Source: Utricularia gibba | Taxonomy: Eukaryota; Plantae; Magnoliophyta | DNA: 64,000 bases | Reading direction: 5' to 3' | NCBI GenBank assembly: GCA_002189035.1 | Contig: NEEC01000008.1 | Coordinates: 1,302,001-1,366,000 of the forward strand | Part shown: piece after piece, positions 1 through 12,000 of the stretch | Layout of the letters: every line of letters starts with the position of its first letter | Position numbering within the stretch: the stretch's first letter is position 1 | The notes under the pieces: generated by a model | Seen by the model: only the letters and a program-made list of their open reading frames with translations | Database searches by the model: none | Told to the model about the DNA's origin: nothing | Translations under genes and position numbers: made by a program

Positions 1-2
1 GG

Positions 3-572
3 AAGAGGAAGAAATTCGCCTTCCTGTTCAAGCGGCGCGATTCGGGGATCTCTCCAGAGGATTCCTCCCGCGGAAAATGGACTACGTGCTCGGAGTCCAG
101 TTCTGTGGCGAAATCGAACTCATTCGTGGGAACGGAGGAGTATCTGGCACCGGAAATCATCCTCGGCGACGGCCACGATTTCGCCGTCGATTGGTGGTGC
201 CTAGGGGTCGTGCTCTACGAGATGCTCTACGGTACGACGCCGTTTCGAGGAGCTAACCGAAGGGACATCTTCAGTCGAATCCTCAAAAAAGCACCGGATT
301 TAACGGGGAACGCGACGCCGTTAAGGGACCTCATCGGTAAATTACTGGAGAAGGATCCCAGGAAAAGGATCGACGTTGGGGGAATCAAAAGGCACGAGTT
401 TTTCGAGGCGGTAGATTGGGGTTCAGTTACTGAAATGCCCAGGCCGCCGTTTATTCCCGAGCTAACAGACGTCGAGGTCATGATGGGAAATAAGGAAATA
501 AATGTGGAGACTTTCGTCCACGAGGTGTTCACCCTTGACAACATGACGGAATACCAACGACCTATGGGCTAG
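3..572 (+). CDS. UCN: AGC2-subfamily Ser/Thr kinase, UNICORN/UCNL-like; 3' part only (frame open from the window start)
   Basis: Motifs SNSFVGTEEYLAPEII, GHDFAVDWWCLGVVLYEMLYGTTPFRG, LLEKDPRKRI and a C-terminal PPF motif. The GDGHDFAVDWW..TPFRG.NR stretch matches UCN/UCNL as I recall them. Frame is open from position 3 to TAG 570-572. Confidence 0.8.
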   Translation, partial: KRKKFAFLFKRRDSGISPEDSSRGKWTTCSESSSVAKSNSFVGTEEYLAPEIILGDGHDFAVDWWCLGVVLYEMLYGTTPFRGANRRDIFSRILKKAPDLTGNATPLRDLIGKLLEKDPRKRIDVGGIKRHEFFEAVDWGSVTEMPRPPFIPELTDVEVMMGNKEINVETFVHEVFTLDNMTEYQRPMG

Positions 573-1633
573 CAGTGATAATTCAGCCCACCCAAGATAA
601 CAACGAGGGCCCTCTCCACAAAAAGGGGAAAAAATGATAAAAAAAAAGAGGAATATGCTTTTTTTTAGCATATGTTTGTAATTACTACTATTTTACTGTC
701 GTTGAACTTTTCCTTCATTCTAACTTCATGCATAGAAGAAGATTTCAGCTTATGCAGTTTCCGCAGTAATGCAACGCACGTGCTTTTAGTAATTAATGAA
801 GGGTATCTTTGATTTGAAATGATAATTGATTAAATAATAAAATATATTAAATAAGATATTCATACTTTAGCACACATATTTATCAATGTATATGTAAAAC
901 AATAATATATTTCATTAATTTATTTAAAATAAATATACCAAAACTTGTATAACTAAAAAAATTATATGAAATGATACAAATTTAAAGAATAAATTTACAG
1001 ATTTTTAAAAAATCCCAATTAAAGTGGTAAAAAAAATTACAAATGTGGCTATGGGAGGAGTGCGCATCTTGGGATTTTTGAACAATGTTGGGCATCTGGT
1101 GCAGATAAGTGACGGGAGGGGGGCCATTGAATGGAGAGCATCTATTTCTAGGTGGGCATTAAGTGAGCGCCCACGGGACAATTCCACCTCTGGACTCCCA
1201 TTCTTCAATGCGTCAACGACTCCTCTCTTTCCTCTTAATGTCATCACCTCTTCCTAATAAATGAATCCTGCTGCCACGTCTTTCCATGCACTTACCACTA
1301 ATCTCAAGTTCTAATTTTAATAGTATTTTTTTATATTGTAACGGCCAAGAATCGTCGTCTCCACACACCAAGGATGCGATCGGACTGATCTCCCGTTCCC
1401 TGACCATCTGATAGCATAAACAGAAAAACAGAATTAAAATATAATTGATTAGTAAAATTAATATGAAGAAATAGTTTTGAAATAGAGGATTGAATGAGTT
1501 ATGCAATAGAAATCATGAATATGTCTATGAAATAGGTATTGTTCTTTTTATTCTTTTTTTCTATTTTTTACATATAAATATACATATTTTTTTAAAAAAA
1601 ATGATATTAAAAATATTGTGGTATCTAAAGTTA

Positions 1634-1676
1634 GGCCCACCTGGCTGAGCCCAAACAAACCAGCGGCCTGGGCCCT
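1634..1676 (+). promoter_or_regulatory. Site II (TGGGCY/GGCCCA) cluster, likely the ancestral DHDPS promoter
   Basis: GGCCCA, AGCCCA and TGGGCC within about 45 bp, upstream of the DHDPS remnant. Confidence 0.45.
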
Positions 1677-1783
1677 AGGGCACACTTACGAATGAAGAGG
1701 AAGATCTTTTCGTGCTCCCGGGCTTTTCTATGGGGGTTGTTTCTCGTTGGATTTCTACTGTCCAGATACCTCTGATTCCTGGA

Positions 1784-2374
1784 ATGGCGATAGCCATTGG
1801 TTTCTGCTCTTTCAAGGCTACTCGTCTGTTGCTTTGTCCAGTTAGCTTCGTCAATGCAAGAATTTTTTTGGTATGTTTTGGAGCAGCCGCTCGGTGATGT
1901 TGGTATATTGATACGATTAGCTTATTTTGGGTTGTTTTTGTAGATATGCCTGTTCATATTTGTAGCTGCTTGCTTTTGTTGCTTTGTAGAATATTTAAAA
2001 TGGTATCCTGTATGTGAGATGGTTCCTCGTGTTTGCAGAGCAAATGCTGATGCGATAAAGGCCATTAGATTGATAACTGCGACCTAATCTCCGTATCTTC
2101 CAGATGGAAGATTTGACCTTGGGGCCTATGATACATTGTCGGGGGCACCACTGGCGAAGGCCAACTAATGAGCTGGGACGAGCATATTATGCTGATTGCT
2201 CACACAGTGAACTGTTTTGTTGGACATGTCAAAGTCATTGGCAACATCGGTAGCAACTCAACCAGAGAAGCTATTCATGCTACAGAACAAGGCTTTGCTG
2301 TTGGTATGCATCCAGCGGTGCACATCAACAATTATTATGGGAAAATCTCGACAGAGGGTATAGTTTCCCACTTT
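1784..2374 (+). pseudogene. DHDPS: Dihydrodipicolinate synthase (DHDPS/dapA) pseudogene fragment, 3'-truncated
   Basis: After acceptor TTTGCAG (2038) the sequence reads [32 protein letters not shown], frameshifts, then reads [62 protein letters not shown]. This matches plant DHDPS. In-frame TAA at 2085-2087; about 13 codons missing at 2135-2138; homology stops near 2374. The putative transit-peptide exon from ATG 1784 is less certain. Confidence 0.9.
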
Positions 2375-2535
2375 GCTGTTGGGATTCGACTTAAGATTTT
2401 TTTTTTTATTTTTATGGAAGAAAGTTATGAAAATAAGCGAAGGATAAGTTACTTCGTGTTCAGTAGCTTCACTGGCTTGTGTGTTTCAGGAAACGGGAAT
2501 TAGGGTTTGGAATCTTTCCCTTTTGGTCCTGCGTA

Positions 2536-4090
2536 ATGAGGACTGCCGGAATATTCGCCGGCATATTTCTCTTGCTGGCGCTTTACTGCGCCGTCGACCC
2601 ATTGAATCACTCCGTCATGTCGAGATTTCCTGGATTTGAGGTGCTTGAGGTGCAGATGCCACCATGGTCGGAAATCCCAGTTGCCAGTGACTCCGAAGAC
2701 GCTCTGCAGAAATCAGAAATCAAGTTCTTGAATCAAGTTCAGGGGCCCGAGAGTTTAGCCTTTGACCCAAGTGGCCGCGGACCGTACACCGGCGTTGCTG
2801 ACGGTAGGATTCTCTTCTGGGATGGACGGGAATGGATTGTGTTTGCGTATACTTCAGCTAATCGGTAAGATTTTTTCGCAAGATCCTCTGAATTGACATG
2901 GATAGCATTCACTTCTTTCCTTCATTGATCATTCCATTGGAGGGTGTAAGTTTGCTGTCTTTCTCGTATGGATGGATGCCTTGTTGTTTTTGGATTTCTG
3001 ATGAAGGTTATCAATTCCCTGGAACACCTTGGATTATCTCATGGAACTGGATTGTTTCTTGTACCCATTTCCTGGCAGCTCCGAGGGACTTTGCGACCCG
3101 AAATCAACAATCATCGAGTACGCCGAAAACGAGCACATCTGTGGCAGGCCTCTGGGTCTGAGATTTGACAAAAGAAATGGCGATTTGTATATAGCCGATG
3201 CATATTTCGGGCTTATGAAAGTCGGCCCTGAAGGCGGACTAGCCACTTCCCTGACTACTGAAGCAGAAGGTGTTCCCCTGGGATTTACGAACGACTTAGA
3301 CATTGATGAACAGGGGAACGTCTATTTTACCGATAGCAGCACCACCTACGGGAGGAGGTCGTGTTTATTCAAGAGATGCCCGGTGGAACCAACACCATTT
3401 GTTACTAACAAAACTTTGTTTGTTTCAGGAACTATTTACAAAAGTTTTTGACTGCAGAGGATGATGGAAGACTCCTCAAGTACAATCCCACAGCAAAAGA
3501 GACCTCTGTTCTGGTACGAAATCTTCAATTCCCAAACGGAGTGTCTCTCAGCAAGGACGGTTCTTTTCTTGTGTTCTGTGAGCTTTCTACTGCCAGGTAC
3601 ATCCTTATATAACGGAATCCAAATCTCGTGCTGACAATGACCTATCTCTCATGTACCTCTGTATCTAAACCGGATTAGGTTGATCAAATATTGGCTAAAG
3701 GGTGAGAAGACTGGAACTTCCGAAACCATAGCCGCGTTTCCTGGTTTCCCAGACAACATCCGGATGAACAAAAACGGTGACTTTTGGGTGGCAATGCATT
3801 GTCGTAGGAGGTGGTACACTCATCGCTTGTGGCAGAGCCCCATGCTCCGGAAGCTGTTGCTGAAGCTTCCCGTCCTGGGAAAGATCCATTATCTGATTCA
3901 TTTAGGAGGCCGGCATCACGGAATGGTTGTCAAGTACAGTGATGAAGGTAAGATGCTGAGGATTCTAGAAGATAAGGAAGGGAAAGTTGTGCGTGCAGTG
4001 AGCGAAGTGGAGGAGAGAGATGGCAGACTGTGGATGGGGAGTGTTTTGGAGCACTCCATTGCTGTGTATCACCTGGATTCCGATCCATAA
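2536..4090 (+). CDS. SSL3: Strictosidine synthase-like protein (SSL3-like), copy a; exons 2536-2864, 3079-3357, 3429-3596, 3679-4090
   Basis: VQGPESLAFDP.GRGPYTGVADGR, CGRPLGLRFDK, FTNDLDID, NLQFPNG.SLSKDGSF, GFPDNIR, VSEVEERDGRLWMGSV. GT-AG junctions keep the frame; no lesions seen. Confidence 0.93.
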
Positions 4091-4300
4091 AGACTACAAG
4101 ATTTCATCTTCTTCCCACTGCTGCTGCTGTAACATGATCTGCTTCCCTCTTCAACGTTGCAGATTGATTTGGCGAAGCGCTGCTGTAACATGGATTCGCT
4201 TGAACCTCTTTTCCTGAGAAACTTCGAAATTAACCAGAAACCCTAAAAAATTATAATTCCACCGAACATCACTATTTTTTTTATTATTTTTCTCTAGGAA

Positions 4301-6010
4301 TTATCCATCGTCCTTCAGAAAGCTCCGGTGCACATTCTTCAACTGAAACAACGAGAAAAAAGAAACACAGAAGCGAAAAGCGAGCACAACCACAACCACA
4401 ACCACATCAGTCTCCTGTCTTTGAACTTCAACGAAAATAAGAGCAGTTGCAGCAGGCGCCACGAAGCGCGCAAGGAAAAGCGTTGTTTCTTCCCTCAGAC
4501 ATGATCCAAGCTACCTAAAATGCGTATCAGAGCTCTCTCTCTCTCAACACTGTTGAGGGTAAACAACAAATGATTAGAAGCGGCATGTAGTCAGAATTTG
4601 GAGGTGTGTAAGAATCGTGGGATTATCAGCATAAACCTAGATATTCCTGTTTTCAATTTTGACACAGTATAAACGCAGCACCTAAAAACAGTGTCCAAAT
4701 ACCGGGACGATCACGTACTTGGAATCCTTGGTGTTGAAGAGATGGGATGGAGCTCTCCATGTTGACAGAGAACAGCTTCGCGCAGTGCCCACATCTCACG
4801 GTTACAATCGTGAACATGCTCCCCCACGGAACACTCACCTGCTCCAGTCGAACCAATATAAAAACCCTAAACCCCAAAACACTGTTCCCAACTAAAAACC
4901 CGAAACCCCAAATAGTGAGTGTAAGTAAAACGCACACCACTTTATTAGTATTATGTGATTCATCTCCGAATCATCACCTAGTGGTTGTTGGTGGTTATTA
5001 CACACATATTATATACAAAAGCGTGCATTCATTATCATCACGTCTAGTGGTGTGCATGTGCATGACTTTTTCTGCTGGTCAAGACACCATTTCCGATGAT
5101 CACTTTATCTGAAGGTCTGTGTGAGGGAATGGATGATGATGATAAAACAAGGAGGGAATGAATAAATGCTGCAGATCTATCGAGCACAGATGTTTGCAGC
5201 ATCTCTAGGGTCTGAGAAATAGGAAGGAAATCTACATGAATGAATGATTTTATCAAGAGGAAGAGGAGGGAGAGAGAGAGAAGACAGTGACTGGACATCA
5301 AGAGGATCGATCAAGGGGCCATTGAGATGAAGAAAGAATCATCTATCAGCCTGCGCCATATCTGCATTTTTCGTTAAAGCTTACCCCTTTTTCAAACATG
5401 GGGTAAAGTGAAAAAAAAAAAAAACACAACATGGGATTTCACAGCGATTCAGCTCTGAAAGAAAAAAGAAACAGTTATTCTTGGTCAAGGAAAATGATTG
5501 AGGATCATGGATGTGCTTCAGAAACTACGTAGCACAGAATTTAACAAGATTCCCAGAGTGTTGAATTGAGAACTAATCACAAAAATGAATAGATATAATG
5601 CTAGTAATCTATTTGTTAAGTTTGAAATACGCAAAGCTTATCTAGTAAACTGCAACGGAATCATCAGATCTATCCGATCATGAACTCAAAAAAGAACAGA
5701 CTAAAAACCGCACGGTCACTCCTGGTTTCTAGGGTTTTTGGAACAACAGAAAACCATAGCTAACACAGATGGTTCAGATCTTTTTTGTTTTCTCCAGGGT
5801 GAGAAACATGAAACATCGCTCTGTTAACAAGAATGAATCGGATTCAAAAAGGACTATTTTTGTGTTCTCTCACAGGATTAATTCTCTGTGTTCTCTATCT
5901 CACGTGAAGCTTTAAAAAGTAATCGGAAGAAGAAGAATTACCGCGAGAACAGTGTTGCAGAAGCCGCAGTAAACATAGCAGACTCGTTCCGCGGTTATTT
6001 CCTTGGACAT
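4301..6010 (-). CDS. Truncated YABBY (C2C2 zinc finger only, no YABBY domain); exons 6010-5942 and 4838-4719, putative terminal exon 4342-4301
   Basis: Exon 1 [23 protein letters not shown]|GT; exon 2 AG|[27 protein letters not shown]...FQ|GT. No [19 protein letters not shown] or WAHFP exons found before the convergent SSL copy a. The terminal exon (LKNVHRSFLKDDG*) is inferred from a strong U-rich acceptor. Could be a pseudogene. Confidence 0.75.
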
Positions 6011-7565
6011 TCTCAGCTCCGAGATCTCTCTAAACTTCCCACGTATGTTTTATGACCCAAAGAAACTGAAGCTTTTCGTTTAGAACCTTTCAAACTCTGA
6101 ATCAGACCCTTCAGAAGAGCAAGGCGAATTCTTTCAGCTCCGAGACAGATAAGAAATGGAGGAAAAGAAATATATATTTATATATAAAGCAAATGGATAC
6201 AAGTATGTGTCAAGCAAGTGTATGTATAGGTTTCAGAAGTTAGCATTTAGCGCACAAGTGGTCATTGTTGTGCCACACACTGATGCATTGTGTAGAGTTT
6301 GAGATCGATGAGGGATCAGCCCACATTTGGAGCACATCGGACCAGGAAAAAGGATCCATTCTCCAGCATTTTCTGTGGTAAATATCGCATACCATCCCAT
6401 CGCTTTGACCCTTTAAATCCCTTGAATTCGAAAAAAAAAAAAAATACAATTTTAGTACATCCGGTTGGAAACCCTCGTTTTTTTTTGTGGTGATAGGAAA
6501 TATTCCAATAATCATTACTAGATGTTGATAGTATATTTTAGAAGATTTGTGTTCAAGATTACATATAAATCATTGTTTAATTAACTAATATATATATATT
6601 AATCGTATACGGTTATACTATTCACATATTTATTTTTGACCATGTGAATAGTATAGTCTGATCATTTGGGCTGGGCTGCATAATCTGATCAATTTACAAA
6701 TTTATTACACTCATCACATGATTTCACAAGTGGAGGGGAAGGTGAGGGAAGGTTAATTGTATGTATACCATAATATGTTTTTTCATTTATACTCTATTGA
6801 TTATTATATATTATACTTATATTCTAATATATCAAATACATAATTTTTTATATAACTTATAATTAATTATATACATACCCAATTTCATTATATTTAAATA
6901 TACTAATACTCTATTATTAAACGATCTATTAATAGTCAAAAAAATAATTTATTTGAATTATTTCTATTTAAATAAATATATTATATATAGTTAAAATTGA
7001 AAGTATGTTTGTTTTCTAGGTCTATAAATGTAAAAGAAGAGTTTTCAAAAAAATATAATTGAAAGTAAGGCAATGTCCACACTATGAGGACTTAATCGCA
7101 TACAATTTGAGGTCTACGAACTTTTTACAAATGACATATGATTATACAACTAATTAACATACATAATTTTCAGACATGTATGTTTGGAAGCGTAAATCCA
7201 CCAATCAAACGTGACCTTGTTCAATTTGGGAGTATAGTACGATTTGTACCCAATGACTATAGGGTGGGAAGATTTAGGGTTTACCACTAAAAAAATAAAA
7301 TACTTATTTAAAAAATACATGAGGTAGAAGTGACAGTCAGCACCTTCATGTATGAAACGTCGTCGTATATCCGGGTTCCAGTCATGTGAACAAGGGTTGC
7401 AAGTTCATTTGGTGCAGAGGTTGGCAATTCTTGTGTTTTGAATTGTCTTTTATACACATGTTTCCTACTTCACCATCGTCAACAACATTTTATTCCGGTA
7501 ATAAACAGTGCAGAGTTCACCTGTTCACAAAGAAGACGATGTTCTGGAGATCTAGAAGGTTAGCT

Positions 7566-9088
7566 TCACTCTAACTGATAAACAGCAATGAACTGAGTTA
7601 ACACGCTCCCCATCCAGAGCTTCCCGTTCCTCTCTTCAACTTCACTTACAGCTCGAACCACTTTGCCTGGTTTGTCTTCTAAAATCCTAAGAATCTTTCC
7701 TTCCGGACTATACTTCACAACTACCGCGTGTACGGTGCCTCCAATGTGTATCAGATAATGGAGCTTCGGAGTGAGGGGGACCTTCAGCCATAGGTTCCGT
7801 ATGCTCGGGTGCTCGGCCAGGAAATGGGCAGACTTCGTCCTACGACAATGTACTGCAACCCAGAAGTCGCCATCTTCGTTTGTTCGAACGTTGTCAGGAA
7901 ACCCGGGTAGGATAGCCATGGCTTCCCTGGTTCCAGCCTTTTCGCCCTTCAACCAGTACTTGCTCAACCTTCAAGGGCAAAGTAAAAGAGAATGACTGAC
8001 CATTGCGGACATTGTTTGCCGATTGTGTGTACTATATATTACCTGCCACGAGAACCTTCACAGAATACAAGGAATGAGCCGTCCTTGCTGAGGGAAACGC
8101 CATTCGGAAACTGAAGATTTCGAACAAGAACTGTGGTTTCTTTAGTTGCAGGGTCGTACTTGAGGAGTCTCCCACTATCATCTGCAGTGAAAACCAGCTG
8201 CAGAAAGTTCCTGAAATGGTTTAGAATTTTCTCAGCTATCCATTCTCATGCATACTGTTGTCAAATGTATTCATCATTCAGGTCAACAAAAAGCAATGGT
8301 CAAATCAAACCTTCTTCTGTAAATGAAGCTGCTATCAGTAAAATAGATGTTCCCATGTTCATCAACGTCCAAGTCATTTGTAAATCCTAGAGGAACTCCC
8401 TCTGCTTCAGTGGTTAGTGGAGTCGCTAAGCCGCCTTCAGGCCCGACTTTCATAAGCCCGAAATACGCATCAGCTATATACAAATCACCATTCCTTTTGT
8501 CAAATCTCAGCCCCAAAGGCCTTCCACATATGTGCTCGTTTTTCACATAGTGAAAAATTGATGGTTTGTGATCACATAGCCCTTCAGAGCTGCATTTTAG
8601 GAACCATTTTTCAACAGCCAAGACAACAACAAGAAAACAGAAAGTGGTTTTCACACCCGGCATAATCTCATAGAGCATATAAGAAGTGTAATTGTGGCGC
8701 TTAAGCGGGCAATTGGAAGGATGCTTAGGGTTTCAGAAAGAGGATTGTTACCGATTAGCAGAAGTAAAAGCAAAATCAGACCACTTCTCCCCATCCCAGA
8801 AGATGACCCTGCCATCCGCGACGCCGGTATACGGACCACGGCCCATTGCGTCGAATGCTAAACTCTCCGGCCCCTGCACCTCATTCAAGAACTTAACTTC
8901 CGATTTCTGGAGAAGATTCTCAGAATCACTCTCAATCGGAACTTCCGACCAATCCGGCATTTCCGCTCTAAGCATTTTGTAATCTTGAAACCCCGACATC
9001 CCAGCATGGTTGAAGGATCCACCGCGCAGTAAACCGCTAAAAGGAGACATATTATCCCGGAAACAGCCCCCGCAGCAGCAGCTGACAT
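7566..9088 (-). CDS. SSL3: Strictosidine synthase-like protein (SSL3-like), copy b; exons 9088-8752, 8589-8311, 8210-8043, 7968-7566; -1 frameshift near 9013
   Basis: Same motifs and identical internal exon sizes (279 and 168 nt) as copy a. N-terminus MSAAAAGAVSGIICLLLAVYCAVDP joins FNHAGMSGFQDYK only if one T is added at 9013-9014 (likely consensus error). Confidence 0.9.
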
Positions 9089-12000
9089 CGCCGTTTCCAC
9101 CTAATCGTCAACTGGGGGGTTCTCTAGCTCACAAAAATCCCTAGAAATGGTGTACTGAATGAAGTAAACGGGGACGGGAGCTGCAACGCCGGTAAAACTA
9201 GCTTCCTTGCTCTCTCTCTGCCTCTCTTTATTTTTTTTTCTTTTTGTTTAGGTGGCAGAGCAGAACAGCCATACGGCGTGATCTAACTGCAGCGACCACT
9301 CCCAGCTACCCATCAACCTCCGTATGCCCCGAAGATCCATGGATGAGCTTGAGCCACATGACAGAAACGGACTTACCTCCATATCCAGTCACACTCACAG
9401 TGACTCTGTCACAAGATGGAAAGCCAAACCCAAATGTTTAACCAGACATTGGGCTACACTCATGGCCCAAAATATTCGAACTAATAATAGCCCAGCCCGA
9501 AACACTACATCAGCTCAAAATGCTCCTCCAAAAAACTATCCCATGCACGAAAAATGGCTTCTCCAAACAACATCAATCTCATTTCTTTCATTATTCTTTG
9601 GGATGCAATTTCCCTTAAAACTGCATTTTTCAGTTTAATTTAAAATATTTATATTTAAATAAGCGTATTGCATATACTCTATAAATACGTTTTTATAAAT
9701 ATATATTTAAAATTTATTATACTTAGTAGATGAGTTTATAATACATAGAAAAAAGAATTAAAACTTGTGTAATTAATAAAACTCACGTGACATTATTTTC
9801 GAAAAAAATATAATTGAAAAGATTTTACAATTATTTTCCAAACCACATTTATATTAAAAAAACAAGTATATCAAATAAACGTAATTCTCAATACACGTAT
9901 ACTTGGAAGCATAAACAAATATACTAATAAATATTATTTTTAAATATTCCTCAACACATTTTTCGGTCTATTAATGGTTTTGGATTGAATATTTTTATAC
10001 TGAATTAAATCAGATTGAATTCATTATTCAAATATTCCAAAAATACATTATTTAAATCGAACATTTCTAAATTCCAGAATGTTTAATTTTTTATAAAAAA
10101 TATTGAATTGTATCCAAAAAATCAAAAAATTAATTTTAGATTTTAAAACACTTCCAATAATTTTTCATATACATTCACAATCCTCCGTACGTTTTCACAG
10201 ATTGTACATAGTAATTCCGTATAGTGAAAAAAAATAAAATATGAAAAATATAACTGAATTAGCAGCATTTTTCTTTTATTGTGTGTGGTCGTTATCTTTA
10301 CAGATATTTAGTAATGTTGAATTCAATGTGCAAAATGGAAGCCGTTGGTTGAACCCCTTTTGTAATATGCTCATGTACGGACACTTGACCTGCTCTTTTA
10401 TTGTAAGAAATCGCTACTGTTGTAATAAACCTTTTTATGGTAATATCAGATATTTAATTAATTTTTTTATTTTTGAAATTCATAAAAGCATGTAATAAAT
10501 AGCGCGGTCGTTCTTTAAAAAAAGGAAAACGAGGTTAATGCACAAAATGGGAGAGAAAAGAAAGTCAAATTTTGAGGGGAGGGGGGGAGTAATAAATGTG
10601 TATGTGGCTGGAAATAATGTAAATAGGCGCATAGGGCTGCATAGTTGGTGGATGGAGTCTCCCCCACGTAATAATTGCCCAGAAAATTACATGTCAATGG
10701 AAATGGGAAAATGTCTATAAATAAATAATTTAAAATAAAAGGGGAACTTCTAACAACACGTCACGTGCGCGGGTGAATGTAATCGTCTGATGCTTCCTTA
10801 CCATATGCCTCACCAATCACGTCCTATTTCTCACACCTTTAAAATGACGATTCTATATAAATATATCTGATTATATAAAATAAATAAATTAATTTAAATT
10901 TAGAATATGATAAAAGTATTAAAACAAATAATTTCACATTGAAACTTAAAAATAAAATATTCAAATATATAAAAAATTTCAGATTAATAATAATCAATAA
11001 GATCTATTTTTTTTAATATGGTTTACGTTTTTTATATATTTAAACTTCACATATGTTCATTCTATCCATCCTTAATTTAAACAAAAATTTTTAATTTCAT
11101 ATAGATTATGATCTACAAAAAATAAATAAAATTAACCAAGAAATTATAGATACAGAATACGCCTTAATTGTGGTCTATTGGGGAGGAGCGTAGGATTTAA
11201 AGACCTCGGACACGAGCGTTGTACAGTTGGTCAAAGGAGATTGGCAATCAAGAGTTCGTTAAGCCAGAGGAGGACAAAAGGTAAAAAAAGACCAATGACC
11301 GCGGTGAATGGCGTCACTAGGGCATCTATGTCCTTGATTCTGTATTGATTAAAACCACATCAGACGGTAACTTTGTGTTGGCAGGGTAAATAAAACACAC
11401 ATTATTTTTACCCAGTCATTCAACCTACCTATCTCGAAATAGAGTCGAGTCTTAGATTGGTTAATAGGCTTAGATTGCAATAATATACACAGTTGACCAG
11501 CCTCATGGCATCTGGGGAGAAATAGAGCCGAACGAGGTTTCAGACATTTCGGTTTCGGTTCTTTCACTGGTTCTAACATTTAGAAAAGAGTACGCGAAAC
11601 CGGTTTGAAAATCAGAACCAAGAACCGGGCGATGTCGTTCACCGAGTTAGATTTCTAGCGGTTGATGTTTTGGGGTGTTGAGTTTAGGGTTTACTGCACA
11701 CACACTAATTCTTGCCCAATCAGACGACGGTCTGAAAACCTTCGTCCCACGCTTTTCTTCTTCATATGAGATCCTATCTTTAAAATTTCGATCAAAATAT
11801 AAGGTTGTTATTGAAATTAAGAATTCAAAGAGTCGGACGAACACTACATAAGAAATATGAATTATATTAATATTTTTCCAGATGTGAGATTAATTGTTCT
11901 AATAGTTTTTAGGACAACATTTACTAATGTTATAGATTTCTATCTTCAAAATAGATAACATTATTTTCTTCAATTCACCAAATTTCTCTGAAATTTTGGT

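Noticed and set aside
1005-1257. Overlapping 77-80 aa ORFs downstream of the kinase
   Set aside because: No recognisable motif or splice partners.
6337-6346. TCGGACCAGG, the first 10 nt of miR165/166, upstream of the truncated YABBY
   Set aside because: The match stops after 10 nt and I found no complementary star arm.
9360-9412. TGACAGA...TCTGTCA inverted ends resembling MIR156
   Set aside because: Only 7 bp pair, and the internal sequence does not match miR156 or its star strand.
11220-11275. VVQLVK/EIGNQEFV, resembling the DHDPS C-terminus (LVKEIGREHFV)
   Set aside because: Needs a frameshift and the flanks do not match. Probably chance; a tBLASTn would settle it.
11546-11630. Imperfect inverted repeat of GGTTC/GAACC motifs
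   Set aside because: Short arms with no terminal repeats or target-site duplication; not enough to call a MITE or miRNA.
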